Virus record (IMG/VR): IMGVR_UViG_3300010206_000038
Span: 1 to 56,164 of that record
From: a virus
Taxonomy: Duplodnaviria; Caudoviricetes
Strand: one strand, 5' to 3'
Length of the DNA stretch: 56,164 bases
How positions within the stretch are numbered: position 1 is the stretch's first letter; every line of letters starts with the position of its first letter. The translations under genes and the position numbers were made by a program. The notes under the pieces are model-generated. The model saw nothing but the letters and a program-made list of their open reading frames with translations, did not search any database and was not told where the DNA came from. Positions 25,700-35,743 of this stretch are shown piece by piece.

Positions 25700-25771
25700 A
25701 GCGGTGAGGCACGGTGCCCGCTGCGGCTCATAACCGCAGACACGCCGGTTCAACTCCGGCGGTCGCTACCA
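25700..25771 (+). tRNA. Atypical tRNA with CAT anticodon (Met/Ile2-like) and shrunken D-arm
   Basis: CTGCGG-CTCATAA-CCGCAG arm; GCCGG-TTCAACT-CCGGC T-arm; ACCA end; weak inner acceptor pairs. Confidence 0.65.
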
Positions 25772-25780
25772 GATGAGGCG

Positions 25781-26068
25781 ATGATGGCGACTGAAACCGT
25801 CACCATATCCCAGGCTGCGAGCATGATAGGAATGAGCCACTCCGGGCTCCACCGTATCCTATCTCAGCATGGCGGCGCACTTGAAGCTATTGGCGGGAGC
25901 CCTGGAGGTCGAGGAAAATGGGCGGCAGTGATGTCGCGCCGCATAGCCGAAACGATTGCCGCTGTTGTGCGGTGTGGTGTGACGCCTGAGCGCGCTGCTT
26001 TGATCGTCGCTACCAATCGAGCAGTTGTCGCGGCGGACGGGACCGTAACATTGAGGCCTGCCGATTGA
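25781..26068 (+). CDS. HTH-containing hypothetical protein
   Basis: TISQAASMIGMSHSGLHRIL HTH. Confidence 0.6.
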   Translation: MMATETVTISQAASMIGMSHSGLHRILSQHGGALEAIGGSPGGRGKWAAVMSRRIAETIAAVVRCGVTPERAALIVATNRAVVAADGTVTLRPAD

Positions 26069-26370
26069 TGCCTAAGCTCTCGACACTTAGGCCGCGCGTT
26101 GGCGCGCTCGACATGCGCACGGCTCGGCCTCCGCAGATCGCCGGGGATGAAATCGACAAGGCATACGGCAGCCAGGCGTGGCGCAAGCTGGCCCGGTCGG
26201 TCATCGACCGCGACGCTGGCATCTGCCACATCTGTGGCAAGCCTGGGGCTGATACGGCCCACCACTTGGAAGAGAAGCGCGAGGGCGGGACGGACGACCC
26301 GAGGAACCTTCGGGCTGTGCATCGCGGTTGCCACAACCGGGCGCATGGTCGGAGGGGGTGGGGGGTTTAG
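26068..26370 (+). CDS. HNH endonuclease (packaging-associated, HK97 gp74-like)
   Basis: RDAGICHICG...AHH...GG....NLRAVHRGCHN; lies upstream of terS. Confidence 0.9.
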   Translation: MPKLSTLRPRVGALDMRTARPPQIAGDEIDKAYGSQAWRKLARSVIDRDAGICHICGKPGADTAHHLEEKREGGTDDPRNLRAVHRGCHNRAHGRRGWGV

Positions 26371-26426
26371 CTTCTGCAACTTCAACAGGTTCCGCGACCG
26401 GTATGGGCTCATCCGTAGAATTTTTC
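26352..26426. other. Probable cos packaging region
   Basis: G-rich stretch to T-run between HNH and terS, the usual position in HK97-like phages; cut site not determined. Confidence 0.45.
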
Positions 26427-26481
26427 CCTGGTATGATTTCCCCTGACCCAAAATCAAACAATCAGACCGGAGGCTAACCCC

Positions 26482-26823
26482 ATGGCGCGCGGAGGTTTTC
26501 GGCCGGGCGCGGGGCGTCCGAAGGGCACCAAGACGACCAAGGAAATCAAAGCCATGGAAGCGGCGCTTGAATCCGCTCCCGCTGGGTCGCCCAACTTTAA
26601 GACGGCGAAGGAATTCGCCATGTGGGTCATCAACAACGAAAAGGTCGATCTCGACAGCCGACTGAAGGCGATGCAGGCCGTACTGCCCTTTACCGATGCT
26701 CGTGTTGCTGACGCTGCGCCCGGCAAGAAGGAGCAGAAGGCCCAGGCCGCAAAGGATGCGACCGCCGCTGGCCGCTTTGCCGTACCGCTGCCCCCGAAGC
26801 TGGCCGTGGATAACACCAAGTAG
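26482..26823 (+). CDS. terS: Terminase small subunit
   Basis: MARGGFRPGAGRPKG start; GKKE...A...GRF end; precedes terL. Confidence 0.85.
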   Translation: MARGGFRPGAGRPKGTKTTKEIKAMEAALESAPAGSPNFKTAKEFAMWVINNEKVDLDSRLKAMQAVLPFTDARVADAAPGKKEQKAQAAKDATAAGRFAVPLPPKLAVDNTK

Positions 26824-26826
26824 CCG

Positions 26827-28494
26827 ATGGACTGGTCAACCGCCTGCCCATCATGGGAGCGCCGCATCGTCGCTGGCGAGCCGCTAATCCCCTTTTCCCC
26901 ACTGTTCCCGTCTGAGGCCGCCGCTGCCCTGGCGCAGTTCCAGGAATTGCGGATCGTTGACGCGCCGGGTAGTCCGACAATGGGAGATGCGTGTCGGCAA
27001 TGGGTGTTCGATTTTGTCGGATCGGTGTTCGGCGCCTATGACGCGGAAACGGGCCGCAGGCTGATCCGCGAGTTCCTGCTGCTGATCTCAAAGAAGAACA
27101 GCAAGTCCACAATCGCCGCTGGGATCATGCTGACGGCGCTGATCCGCAATTGGCGTGAATCGGCCGAGTTCCTGATTCTAGCCCCGACGATCGAGGTGGC
27201 GAACAACAGCTTCTTCCCGGCCCGCGACATGGTGCGGAAGGACGAGGAACTATCCGCCCTGTTCCAGGTGCAGGATCATCTTCGCACGATCACGCATCGC
27301 GGCACCGGTGCGACATTGAAGGTCGTTGCCGCGGATAGCCAGACGGTTGGCGGGAAGAAGGCAGTTGGCGTCCTGGTCGATGAACTGTGGTTGTTCGGCA
27401 AGAAGCCCGGTGCCGAAGACATGCTCCGCGAGGCAACCGGCGGCCTTGCATCCCGACCTGAAGGCTTCGTGATTTATTTGACGACGCAGAGCAACGACCC
27501 TCCGGTCGGCGTGATGCGCCAGAAACTGCAATACGCCCGCGGTGTGCGGGACGGACGGATCGACAACAAGCGGTTCCTGCCGGTCCTGTATGAATTTCCT
27601 GACGCGATGATCGAGGCCGGCGAGCATCGATGCCCCAAGAACTTCCACATCACTAACCCGAACCTGGGCGCATCGGTCGATCTAGAATTCCTGACGGACG
27701 AATTCGCCAAGGCCGAAGAGGCTGGCGAAGAATCGCTTCGGGGCTTCCTGGCGAAGCATCTGAACGTCGAAATCGGGATGAACCTCAGGTCCGACCGCTG
27801 GACCGGGGCGAATTACTGGGAAAAGGCCGCAGAGTCCGGCCTGACGCTCGATGAGATACTTGACCGATCCGAAGTGGTGACGGTCGGCATTGATGGCGGT
27901 GGCGCGGACGATATGCTCGGCATAGCAGTAATTGGCCGCGACCGCGATACCCGGAAGTGGATGCATTGGGGCCATGCCTGGGTGCACCCGGAAGCCCTGA
28001 AACAGCGCAAAAAGAACATCACCGAATACCGAGATATCGAAGCCACCGGTGATTTGACGGTAATCAAGGAATACCCCGAAGACCTCGACGGCGTTGTCGA
28101 TGTGGTTCGGCGGATCAACGAGGCCGGGCTACTGGCCTGCGTCGGGGTGGACACGATCGGCCTTGCTGGCATTGTCGATGCACTGGCCGAGATCGGCGTG
28201 TCCGAGGAATCAAAACAGGTCGCCGGTATTGGCCAGGGCTATGTCCTGACGGGGGCGATTAAGGGCGTCGAGCGTAAGCTGATCGATGGGTCATTCGTCC
28301 ATTGCGGCCAGCCTCTCATGACGTGGTGCGTCGGCAACGCCAAGATCGAGCCGACGAAAAACGCTTTTCTTGTCACAAAGCAGGCATCCGGGTTCGCAAA
28401 GATCGATCCGCTGATGGCGATGTTCGACGCGGCAAAGCTGATGGAACGAAACCCTGCGCCACAGGGCGAAATGCCCGAAGTCCAGGTCTGGTAG
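26827..28494 (+). CDS. terL: Terminase large subunit
   Basis: ISKKNSKST Walker A variant, VLVDELW Walker B, GIDGGG.DD and KIDPLMA nuclease motifs. Confidence 0.95.
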   Translation: MDWSTACPSWERRIVAGEPLIPFSPLFPSEAAAALAQFQELRIVDAPGSPTMGDACRQWVFDFVGSVFGAYDAETGRRLIREFLLLISKKNSKSTIAAGIMLTALIRNWRESAEFLILAPTIEVANNSFFPARDMVRKDEELSALFQVQDHLRTITHRGTGATLKVVAADSQTVGGKKAVGVLVDELWLFGKKPGAEDMLREATGGLASRPEGFVIYLTTQSNDPPVGVMRQKLQYARGVRDGRIDNKRFLPVLYEFPDAMIEAGEHRCPKNFHITNPNLGASVDLEFLTDEFAKAEEAGEESLRGFLAKHLNVEIGMNLRSDRWTGANYWEKAAESGLTLDEILDRSEVVTVGIDGGGADDMLGIAVIGRDRDTRKWMHWGHAWVHPEALKQRKKNITEYRDIEATGDLTVIKEYPEDLDGVVDVVRRINEAGLLACVGVDTIGLAGIVDALAEIGVSEESKQVAGIGQGYVLTGAIKGVERKLIDGSFVHCGQPLMTWCVGNAKIEPTKNAFLVTKQASGFAKIDPLMAMFDAAKLMERNPAPQGEMPEVQVW

Positions 28495-28507
28495 GATTCC
28501 CCCCCGA

Positions 28508-29836
28508 ATGTCGCTCCCTTCAATCATCCGCAGCGGATACCGGTGGTTGGTGGGCCGCGATATGGATGCCCCCTCACGTCGCTCGTCTGATTACGGTTCA
28601 TTCGACTCTGGGGGGTTCGGCGGGTGGTCATCGCCATCCGCCACCGGTATCCAGATCAACCAGTCAACGGCCCTTGCCTGCTCGACCGTCATGGCATGTG
28701 TGAGGATGCTGGCTTTTGACATGGCAAAAGCCATCCCGGGCGTATTCGAGAAGGCCAAGGGACAGCCGCGCCGGGAAGCGATCGAGAATCCGCTTTCCGA
28801 TCTGTTGGAAGAGCCAAACGATTGGCAGACATGGCCAGAGTTCTGCATTCAGATGCAGATCGGCCTTTCCCTACGCGGAAACGCGTATGCCATAATTATT
28901 CGAAACGACTTCCGCCCTCTGTTTTTTGTTCCAGTTAACCCCGACTATTGTGCGCTATGGGAGGCCCCTGACGGGTCTCTGTTTTATCGGGTCACGCCGG
29001 TTGGTTTGCACCAGATGGCGATGCTGCGGCGAGAACCCTTTTTGATTCCGGCCCGCGACGTCCTGCACCTGAAACAGCTTTCCTCCAATGGCCTCGTCGG
29101 CATGTCTCCGATTGCGATGAACCGCGAGGCAATCGCCCTGGCGCTGGCTCAGGAGCAGCAGTCGGCCCGATGGATGGGAAACGCGGCCAAGCCCGGCGGC
29201 ATTCTGACGACTGACCAGAAACTGACCCAAGACGTAGCGGATCGCTGCAAGGCTCAATGGGTTGCCGCGCAGTCTGGGCTCATCAACAGCGGCAAGACCG
29301 CCGTCCTCGAAATGGGACTGAAGTGGCAGCAACTCACGATGAGTAGTGCTGACCTTGAGTTCATCGCGTCACGCCGGTTCCAGATCGAAGAAATCGCGAG
29401 GATGTTCCGCATCCCGATTTCGATGGTCGCCGAAGTTGCCTCAACGTCGAAGGTTGATCCTGACAAGCTCGCCCAGCATTACGTAAATTATACGCTTTCC
29501 GACTTCACGACGCTCTGGGCCGCCGGTCTTGCAAAGAAATTTGACCTTCGCCGTAGCGGGCTGCGCGTTCGGTTTGATATGTCGGCCATCCTTGAAGCCG
29601 ACCTTGCCAGCCGGATCAACATGAACCGCCTTGCGGTTCTAGGGTCTTTGAGAACCCCAAATGAGGGGCGCGAAGGCATCGGCGACGACCCAAGCGACGA
29701 TCCTGAGGCCAATAAACTAATCTTTCCGGCGAATACTACTCCTTATGGATCGGACCACAGTGGAAACGCTCCGGACGGAGCCGGTCGGCCATCCAAAAAC
29801 GGCACCGGCGATCCTGACCAGCCCGGCGCGGACTGA
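28508..29836 (+). CDS. HK97-family portal protein
   Basis: TVMACVRML, LRGNAY, VLHLK, GMSPI, EEIARMFRIP and TPNEGR motifs. Confidence 0.95.
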   Translation: MSLPSIIRSGYRWLVGRDMDAPSRRSSDYGSFDSGGFGGWSSPSATGIQINQSTALACSTVMACVRMLAFDMAKAIPGVFEKAKGQPRREAIENPLSDLLEEPNDWQTWPEFCIQMQIGLSLRGNAYAIIIRNDFRPLFFVPVNPDYCALWEAPDGSLFYRVTPVGLHQMAMLRREPFLIPARDVLHLKQLSSNGLVGMSPIAMNREAIALALAQEQQSARWMGNAAKPGGILTTDQKLTQDVADRCKAQWVAAQSGLINSGKTAVLEMGLKWQQLTMSSADLEFIASRRFQIEEIARMFRIPISMVAEVASTSKVDPDKLAQHYVNYTLSDFTTLWAAGLAKKFDLRRSGLRVRFDMSAILEADLASRINMNRLAVLGSLRTPNEGREGIGDDPSDDPEANKLIFPANTTPYGSDHSGNAPDGAGRPSKNGTGDPDQPGAD

Positions 29837-29846
29837 GGAAATCAAT

Positions 29847-31007
29847 ATGGCGTCCAGAAAGCTCCCCGGAAAACTGCGTCTTACGACCGAAAGCGACCCG
29901 GAGGTCATCGGCGAAAGCGAAAGTCGGACGCGCCGGTTCAAGATTTCGTCATCGGAGGTTGCGCGCGACGGGCACACGCTGGCAACCCCGGGATGGGAGA
30001 TTCGCAACTACCTGAAGAATCCCGTGGTGCTGGCTGCCCACGATTCCAAGCGCATCGAATCGGTGATCGGACGCACGGTCGGCTTGCCGACGGTCGGTGA
30101 CGACCTTTTTGCCGATATCGAGTTTGCCCCGGCTGACGTAAACCCTTTGGCCGAGATGACGCTTCGAATGGTGGATGCCGGGTTCCTTCGCGCAACCAGC
30201 GTCGGATTTATCCCGCTGTCGGGTAAGCCGGCAAAAGGCCGCGGCCCCAACGCTTACGATTTTGACCGTCAGGAACTTCTTGAGATCTCCATCGTTCCCG
30301 TCGGGAGCCTTCCTGACGCGCTTCTGGCTGCGCGTTCCGCCGGAATTGATATCACCCCGGCCCGAGAATGGGCCAAGCGAATCCTGGAGATTGACATGGC
30401 CGAGCCCGCGCCAAAGACCGTCATCAAGCGCGACCTCTATGACGTCGGGTGGCTGGCACAACTGCTTCAGTCGTTGGCTTACCTGGAAGAATGCGTCGAA
30501 TACGAATCCGAGCAGGAGGGCGACGACAGCCCCGTCGTCGGCATGCTCGCCGACGCCATCAAGCAGCTCGGCGCGACCCTGATCGCCATGACCACCGAAG
30601 AGGTGGCCGAACTGCTGGGCGAGGAAATCGCCGAGGAGCGAGAGGCCGACACCGCCGGACAGCGGGCGATGAAGGCGATGGGGCGCGCTCTGCGGAATCC
30701 CCCTGTCATCTCCGCCCCCGTCACCATCGACACGGCTCCGCTGGTCGCCGAGATCCGGTCGGCCCTGGACGGCATCGCCAAAATCCACGCCGGCCGCGTC
30801 CTGTCTTCCAGCAACGAAAAGTGCCTTCGCGAGGTGCACGACCACATCGCCGCCGCCGCCGAGTCTGTGCGAGGGGTCCTCGACCAACTTCCGAGCGAGG
30901 GCGACGACACGGCCGATGGCGGGGACGGCGACCAATTCGAGGAATCCAGGGCCGCCGCCGACCTCCGTGCCCGCAAGGCCAAGGCCCTGTCCTACACCAG
31001 GGACTGA
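29847..31007 (+). CDS. HK97-type prohead protease with long C-terminal extension
   Basis: NPVVLAAHD, GFLRATSVGF and LLEISIVPV motifs. Confidence 0.9.
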   Translation: MASRKLPGKLRLTTESDPEVIGESESRTRRFKISSSEVARDGHTLATPGWEIRNYLKNPVVLAAHDSKRIESVIGRTVGLPTVGDDLFADIEFAPADVNPLAEMTLRMVDAGFLRATSVGFIPLSGKPAKGRGPNAYDFDRQELLEISIVPVGSLPDALLAARSAGIDITPAREWAKRILEIDMAEPAPKTVIKRDLYDVGWLAQLLQSLAYLEECVEYESEQEGDDSPVVGMLADAIKQLGATLIAMTTEEVAELLGEEIAEEREADTAGQRAMKAMGRALRNPPVISAPVTIDTAPLVAEIRSALDGIAKIHAGRVLSSSNEKCLREVHDHIAAAAESVRGVLDQLPSEGDDTADGGDGDQFEESRAAADLRARKAKALSYTRD

Positions 31008-31053
31008 CCTTCCAGCATCCACGAAATCCCCTCTCCAGTCTGGCGAGGGCTTC

Positions 31054-31076
31054 AGCCGCAGAGATGCGGCTTTTTT
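31054..31076 (+). terminator. Intrinsic terminator upstream of the capsid gene
   Basis: AGCCGCA-GAGA-TGCGGCT followed by a T-run. Confidence 0.75.
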
Positions 31077-31151
31077 GTTGCCGATTCGGGGCCTTAGGCA
31101 AGCCGACCGCAACGCCATGATGGCGTCGCATCCCTCAGATGGAGCCTATAA

Positions 31152-32531
31152 ATGGCTGATCGTATCACCACCCTTCGCCAGACGCGCGCGGCGGCGATTG
31201 ACGAACTGAACACCGAAGCCGTGATCGCCGATGGCGAGAAGTACGCCGCTGTCGAAACCCGCATCGCCGATCTCGACGCTCAGATCGAGCGCGCCGTGAA
31301 GGCCGAAGAGCGCATGGCCGGCCTCGCCAAGCCGGTCGGCGCCGGCGTGGCCGACTCCGAGATGCCTGCGCCCGAACTCATGCGGATTGCCACCGGCAAT
31401 GCTGCTTGGTCGCGCCCCGCCGGCCAGACCCGCACCTTCGAGGATTGCCTCCGCGAGGCCCGCGCGGTCAATTCCTACGGCATCCAGAACAACGGCTCGT
31501 TCCGGTCGTTCGGTGAGCAGCTTCAGTCGATCTACAACTACTATGCCTCGCGTGGGTCCAACACCGATGGGCGCCTCGTCCGCGCCCCCCAGGGCGGCTC
31601 CGAAGTCGATCCGACCGGCGGCGGCTTCCTGGTCCAGGCTGACTTCGCCGATGCGATCTTCATGCTGGCCCACGACATCGGCGATATTCTTGGCCGCGTC
31701 CGCAAGCTTCCGATCGGCCCCAATTCGAACGGGATCAAGATCCCCGGCATTGACGAAACGAGCCGCGCCACGGGGAGCCGCTGGGGCGGTGTCCAATCCT
31801 ACTGGGCGGCGGAAGGTGCCGGCGTCACCGCGACCAAGCCGAAATTCCGCCTGACTGAGTTCGACCTGAAGAAGCTGATGTCGGTCGCCTATATCACCGA
31901 CGAGCTGCTTCAGGACTCCACCGCTCTGACCTCGGTCTATGGTCAGGCGTTCTCCGAAGAAGTCACATTCATGACCGAGGACGCAATCTTCGAGGGAACC
32001 GGCGCCGGCCAGCCTCTGGGCATTCTCAATTCCCCCGCCCTCGTCACCGTGGCGAAGGAGAACGGCCAGGTCGCCGGCACCGTCGTCAAGGAGAACATCG
32101 ACAAGGCGTGGGCTCGGCTGTGGGCGCGGTCCCGCAAGAACGCGGTGTGGCTGATCAACCAGGATGTCGAGCCCCAGCTCGCCGCCCTGAACGGCATCGT
32201 CGGCACCGGCGGTCAGCTTGTCTACATGCCGCCCGGCGGCCTGTCGGCGGCGCCGTTCGCCACCCTCTACGGCCGCCCGGTGATCGCCAATGAGTATAGT
32301 TCAGCCCTCGGCGCCCCCGGAGACATTCTGCTGGCCGACCTCAGCCAGTACTACGTCGCCGACAAGAGCGGTGTTCAGGTGGCGACCTCGATGCACATTG
32401 CGTTCCTCACGGACGAGATGGCGTTCCGCATCACCTACCGCGTGGACGGCAAGCCGATCTGGCACCAGGCCATCACCCCCTTCAAGGGCAACTTGACCAA
32501 GTCCCCCTTCGTCGCTCTCGCCCAGCGTTGA
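31152..32531 (+). CDS. Major capsid protein (HK97 fold)
   Basis: N-terminal coiled-coil delta domain; GGFLV, WAAEG, TDELLQDS, GTGAGQPLGILN and LYGRPV motifs. Confidence 0.95.
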   Translation: MADRITTLRQTRAAAIDELNTEAVIADGEKYAAVETRIADLDAQIERAVKAEERMAGLAKPVGAGVADSEMPAPELMRIATGNAAWSRPAGQTRTFEDCLREARAVNSYGIQNNGSFRSFGEQLQSIYNYYASRGSNTDGRLVRAPQGGSEVDPTGGGFLVQADFADAIFMLAHDIGDILGRVRKLPIGPNSNGIKIPGIDETSRATGSRWGGVQSYWAAEGAGVTATKPKFRLTEFDLKKLMSVAYITDELLQDSTALTSVYGQAFSEEVTFMTEDAIFEGTGAGQPLGILNSPALVTVAKENGQVAGTVVKENIDKAWARLWARSRKNAVWLINQDVEPQLAALNGIVGTGGQLVYMPPGGLSAAPFATLYGRPVIANEYSSALGAPGDILLADLSQYYVADKSGVQVATSMHIAFLTDEMAFRITYRVDGKPIWHQAITPFKGNLTKSPFVALAQR

Positions 32532-32586
32532 TCCACCATTCGGGCCGGGCGGTTCGCCGCCCGCGCCACCATAGGAGTTTGCCGAC

Positions 32587-33069
32587 ATGGCCCGTCAGTT
32601 CTCGCTTCCGGCGCAGATTCCGCCGGTTTCCTTGCTGCCTGCCGCGACCGATGCGGCTGGACGTACCGGTTCGTACCGCAGTCTCCGCAATGCGCTGAAG
32701 GCCTACATCGTGGTCGAGGTCAATCAGGGCAACGCCGCCACGGTGGCTATCACCCCGCTTCAGGCCAAGGACTCCAGCGGCACCGGGTCCAAGGCCATCG
32801 CCGCCAGCCCGATTTGGCTGGTCGCCGATACCTCCGTTTCCGACGCACTGGTCTCCCAGGTCGCTGCCGCAAACCTGACCACCTCGGCCGCGCTGAAAGA
32901 CAAACTGGTGATTTTCGAGATCCAGCCCGAGTCCGCGCTCGACGTGGCGAACGGCTTCAACCACATCGCGGTCCAGACCGGTGCCAGCAACGCGGCGAAC
33001 ATCACTGCTGCCCAGCTTTACATTCTGGGCAGCTATGAGCAGGCGACCCCGCCAACCTCCTACGTCTGA
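32587..33069 (+). CDS. Virion structural protein (head decoration candidate)
   Basis: AGGAG RBS; beta-rich; directly after the capsid gene. Confidence 0.7.
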   Translation: MARQFSLPAQIPPVSLLPAATDAAGRTGSYRSLRNALKAYIVVEVNQGNAATVAITPLQAKDSSGTGSKAIAASPIWLVADTSVSDALVSQVAAANLTTSAALKDKLVIFEIQPESALDVANGFNHIAVQTGASNAANITAAQLYILGSYEQATPPTSYV

Positions 33070-33074
33070 TCCTT

Positions 33075-33101
33075 TGGGGCGGCTTCGGTCGCCCCACCTT
33101 T
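33075..33101 (+). terminator. Hairpin/terminator
   Basis: TGGGGCGGC-TTCG-GTCGCCCCA followed by CCTTT. Confidence 0.6.
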
Positions 33102-33126
33102 CACTGATTCCGCGTAGGAGGGCTGA

Positions 33127-33876
33127 ATGCCTGTTGCTCGCATCAAGGGTGCCTACTCCGCAGGCATCCCGACTTTCACCGACATCACGACCGGCGAGAT
33201 CGTCGGCGTGACCAACCCCGTTTTCTTCTATGACGATTTCCAGGGTGCCGGCCACACCAGCATCCCGACGACCGTTTCGTCTGGCGCCAACTGGTGCGCC
33301 AAAATCGTCAAGACCAGCGGCACCGTGACGGTTTCTGCCGTCGCTAATGGTGCCAACGGTCAGGTCGCGCTAATTACCGATTCCACCGCTGAGAAGCAGG
33401 ATGCGGTGTTGTACACCGCCGATCAGCGAGCCTTCACCGTGACGAACGGGCTCCAGTTTGAAACCCGCGTCCAGTTGGGCGTGATCCCGACCAGCGGCAC
33501 CAAAGCCGTGTTCGGCGTTGCGGCGGCGTGGGCTGACGGCCCGAACAATATCGCCCAGTACCTGCGTTTCGCGGTCAACGGCAATGGGCAGCTTCTCGCC
33601 GAAAGCAAGGACGGGACGACGACGCTGTCAGTCGATACGGGGGTCACCATTTCGACCACCGCCGAATGGCACATCCTCCGTATCGATGCGACGGACGTGA
33701 CCAACGTGCTGTTCTTCGCCGATGGCGTTCAGGTGGCTTCGAACACCACGTTCCCGTTCGCGGCGACCGGGGCCAACGCCCAGGTCCAGCCCTACGCCGC
33801 CGTTTACAAGGCGTCAGGCGCGTCCGTCGGGACGATCAATATCGACTATTACGCGCTCTGGCAGAATCGCCAGTAA
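33127..33876 (+). CDS. Beta-sandwich structural protein (concanavalin-like, head fibre/decoration candidate)
   Basis: FYDDF...WHILRID...FFADG...IDY pattern. Confidence 0.7.
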   Translation: MPVARIKGAYSAGIPTFTDITTGEIVGVTNPVFFYDDFQGAGHTSIPTTVSSGANWCAKIVKTSGTVTVSAVANGANGQVALITDSTAEKQDAVLYTADQRAFTVTNGLQFETRVQLGVIPTSGTKAVFGVAAAWADGPNNIAQYLRFAVNGNGQLLAESKDGTTTLSVDTGVTISTTAEWHILRIDATDVTNVLFFADGVQVASNTTFPFAATGANAQVQPYAAVYKASGASVGTINIDYYALWQNRQ

Positions 33877-33947
33877 CACGATGGCCGATAAACAGGGCCG
33901 GGACCGCATGATATGTCCCGGCCCGTTCTATTTCTGGGAGATGCGCC

Positions 33948-34304
33948 ATGGCGCTGTCGATCGGTCTGGACACGATCCCGGTGACGATTGCCAACGGGCA
34001 GTCTATCTCGGCGGAAGCGGACCTGGGCGCGAAGACCCTTGTCGGGATCGCGATGCCTGCGGCATGGACTGCGGCGGTCCTGACGTTTCAGGTAACGATC
34101 GACAATGGCGCAACGTGGCTTGAGGCAACGACTTCCGCCGGGGCCGCGTTCAGTTTCACCGTTGCCGCCGGCCAATTCATCGCGGTCGATCCGGCGCTCT
34201 GGCGCGGCATCAATGCCATCAAAATTCGTTCGGGCACGTCCGGCACGCCGGTCGCTCAGGGATCCGACCGCGTCCTGAACCTGATCCTGCGTTCCGTTGC
34301 CTGA
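33948..34304 (+). CDS. Structural hypothetical protein
   Basis: TIANGQSIS...GIAMPAAWTAA.LTFQ motif; GGAG RBS. Confidence 0.7.
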   Translation: MALSIGLDTIPVTIANGQSISAEADLGAKTLVGIAMPAAWTAAVLTFQVTIDNGATWLEATTSAGAAFSFTVAAGQFIAVDPALWRGINAIKIRSGTSGTPVAQGSDRVLNLILRSVA

Positions 34305-34306
34305 CC

Positions 34307-35173
34307 ATGAGCGGTTCTGACTACATCCTCTCGACAGTTACGGTGCCGTCTTCGACCCGCGCCCTGACGGCGCTCGCCACGGTCAAGGACGATTGGGGCA
34401 TCGCGACGGCGGCCGACGACGCATTTCTGACCCGCGCCATTAATCGGTGCAGCGCCGCAGTCGAGAACTTCTGCAATCGCAGCTTTGGGCTCGCGTCCTA
34501 TCAGAGCGTAATCCGGCTGGAGCAGGGGTATCGCGATGGATACCTCATTTCAGGGCGGCAAAGCCCAATCACCCTTCCTCAATGGCCGCTGATTCTCACC
34601 CAGTCCATCACAGAGACAGATTCGAACGGGGCCTCATCGCCACTTGCCGAAGGTGATGACTTTGAAGCTGACCGGGTTTCGGGACGTCTTTTCCGCTTAG
34701 ATTATCATCGTAGGCCGCGCGACTGGTCGCCGACGGTGAAGATCACCGCCTCCTATTCAGCCGGATACAGTCTCCCGCTCGACGCCTGGGCACCAGCGGC
34801 CGCCTATGACGTCAATGCAGTGATCCGGACCAACGGGAATGTCTATCAAGCCTCCGTCGCTGGCACCTCCGCCAGCGCGGGAAGTGGCCCGACCGGAACC
34901 GGAGCGTCAATCACTGACGGCTCGGTTACCTGGAAATACATTTCCGCCTACGCCCCCACGCTTCCGCTCGACATTGAGGACGCCGTGGGCCGGCTGGTCT
35001 GGGCGCGCTATGCCGAGCGCCGCCGCAATCCCTTTATCAAGGCGGAAACCGTCGATGGGGTCGGGTCGGTCCAGTACATCGTTGGCAACCCGAACGGCGG
35101 CTCGGACGGCGGAAATATGCCGTCTGACGTCGCTGATATCCTGAACAATTACCGTCAGCCGGTGGTCGCCTGA
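34307..35173 (+). CDS. Head-tail adaptor (gp6-like) with inserted CBM-like module
   Basis: LATVK...DDAFL..AI..CSAAVENFCNRSF, YSAGY, LPLDIEDA and ILNNYR motifs. Confidence 0.8.
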   Translation: MSGSDYILSTVTVPSSTRALTALATVKDDWGIATAADDAFLTRAINRCSAAVENFCNRSFGLASYQSVIRLEQGYRDGYLISGRQSPITLPQWPLILTQSITETDSNGASSPLAEGDDFEADRVSGRLFRLDYHRRPRDWSPTVKITASYSAGYSLPLDAWAPAAAYDVNAVIRTNGNVYQASVAGTSASAGSGPTGTGASITDGSVTWKYISAYAPTLPLDIEDAVGRLVWARYAERRRNPFIKAETVDGVGSVQYIVGNPNGGSDGGNMPSDVADILNNYRQPVVA

Positions 35174-35736
35174 TGACCCGTGCCACTTTCCTCGGCATGG
35201 TCGAACGCTTCGGCGGCCCCCTGCCCTGGCGCGCAAAGACCGGCACCGGCCCGGCGCAATCCCCGCCGTCGATCACCGGGGCCGCCACCGCCTCAACCGC
35301 CGCCCTCGCCGGGTCCGGGTTCGTCACGATCCGCGCCGGGTATGCCATCGGCCGTCTGGTCCCAGGCGACAAGATCATTATCGCCGGAGCCGCCTATACC
35401 GTCACCGGCCCCGTGTCGGCCGTCAGCAACGTATTCACTGCCGTTCCGATCACTCCGGCCCTTGCCGCTGACGTCACGATCGGAGCCGCCGTCACCCTGA
35501 CCTTTGCCGCCGATACCAGCGTCACCGCTCGCGTTGCCGAGTATTCCGCCAAGGAACTGATCGGCGGTGTCCAGGCGGGCGACATGCGGGCGATCATTGC
35601 GGCCCAGGGTTGCCCCATCACCCCGATCATAGGGCACGAGGCGACCATCGACGGCACCGGGTGGCGCGTGCTGAGCGTGAGCCGCAAGACGTGGGGGCCG
35701 GACCTTTTGGGGTGGGAATGCCAACTCAGAAAGTGA
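35173..35736 (+). CDS. Head-closure/neck protein with insertion
   Basis: Gene position; VQAGD...IDGTGWRVLSV...WECQLRK C-terminus. Confidence 0.65.
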   Translation: MTRATFLGMVERFGGPLPWRAKTGTGPAQSPPSITGAATASTAALAGSGFVTIRAGYAIGRLVPGDKIIIAGAAYTVTGPVSAVSNVFTAVPITPALAADVTIGAAVTLTFAADTSVTARVAEYSAKELIGGVQAGDMRAIIAAQGCPITPIIGHEATIDGTGWRVLSVSRKTWGPDLLGWECQLRK

Positions 35737-35743
35737 GGTTGCC

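Noticed and set aside
25458-25771. tRNA cluster as the prophage attachment site
   Set aside because: Internal to the phage between the late promoter and terminase; no duplicated tRNA 3' end seen near int or the window ends
26065-26370. HNH as a mobile homing endonuclease
   Set aside because: Size and position next to cos/terS fit the packaging-associated HNH
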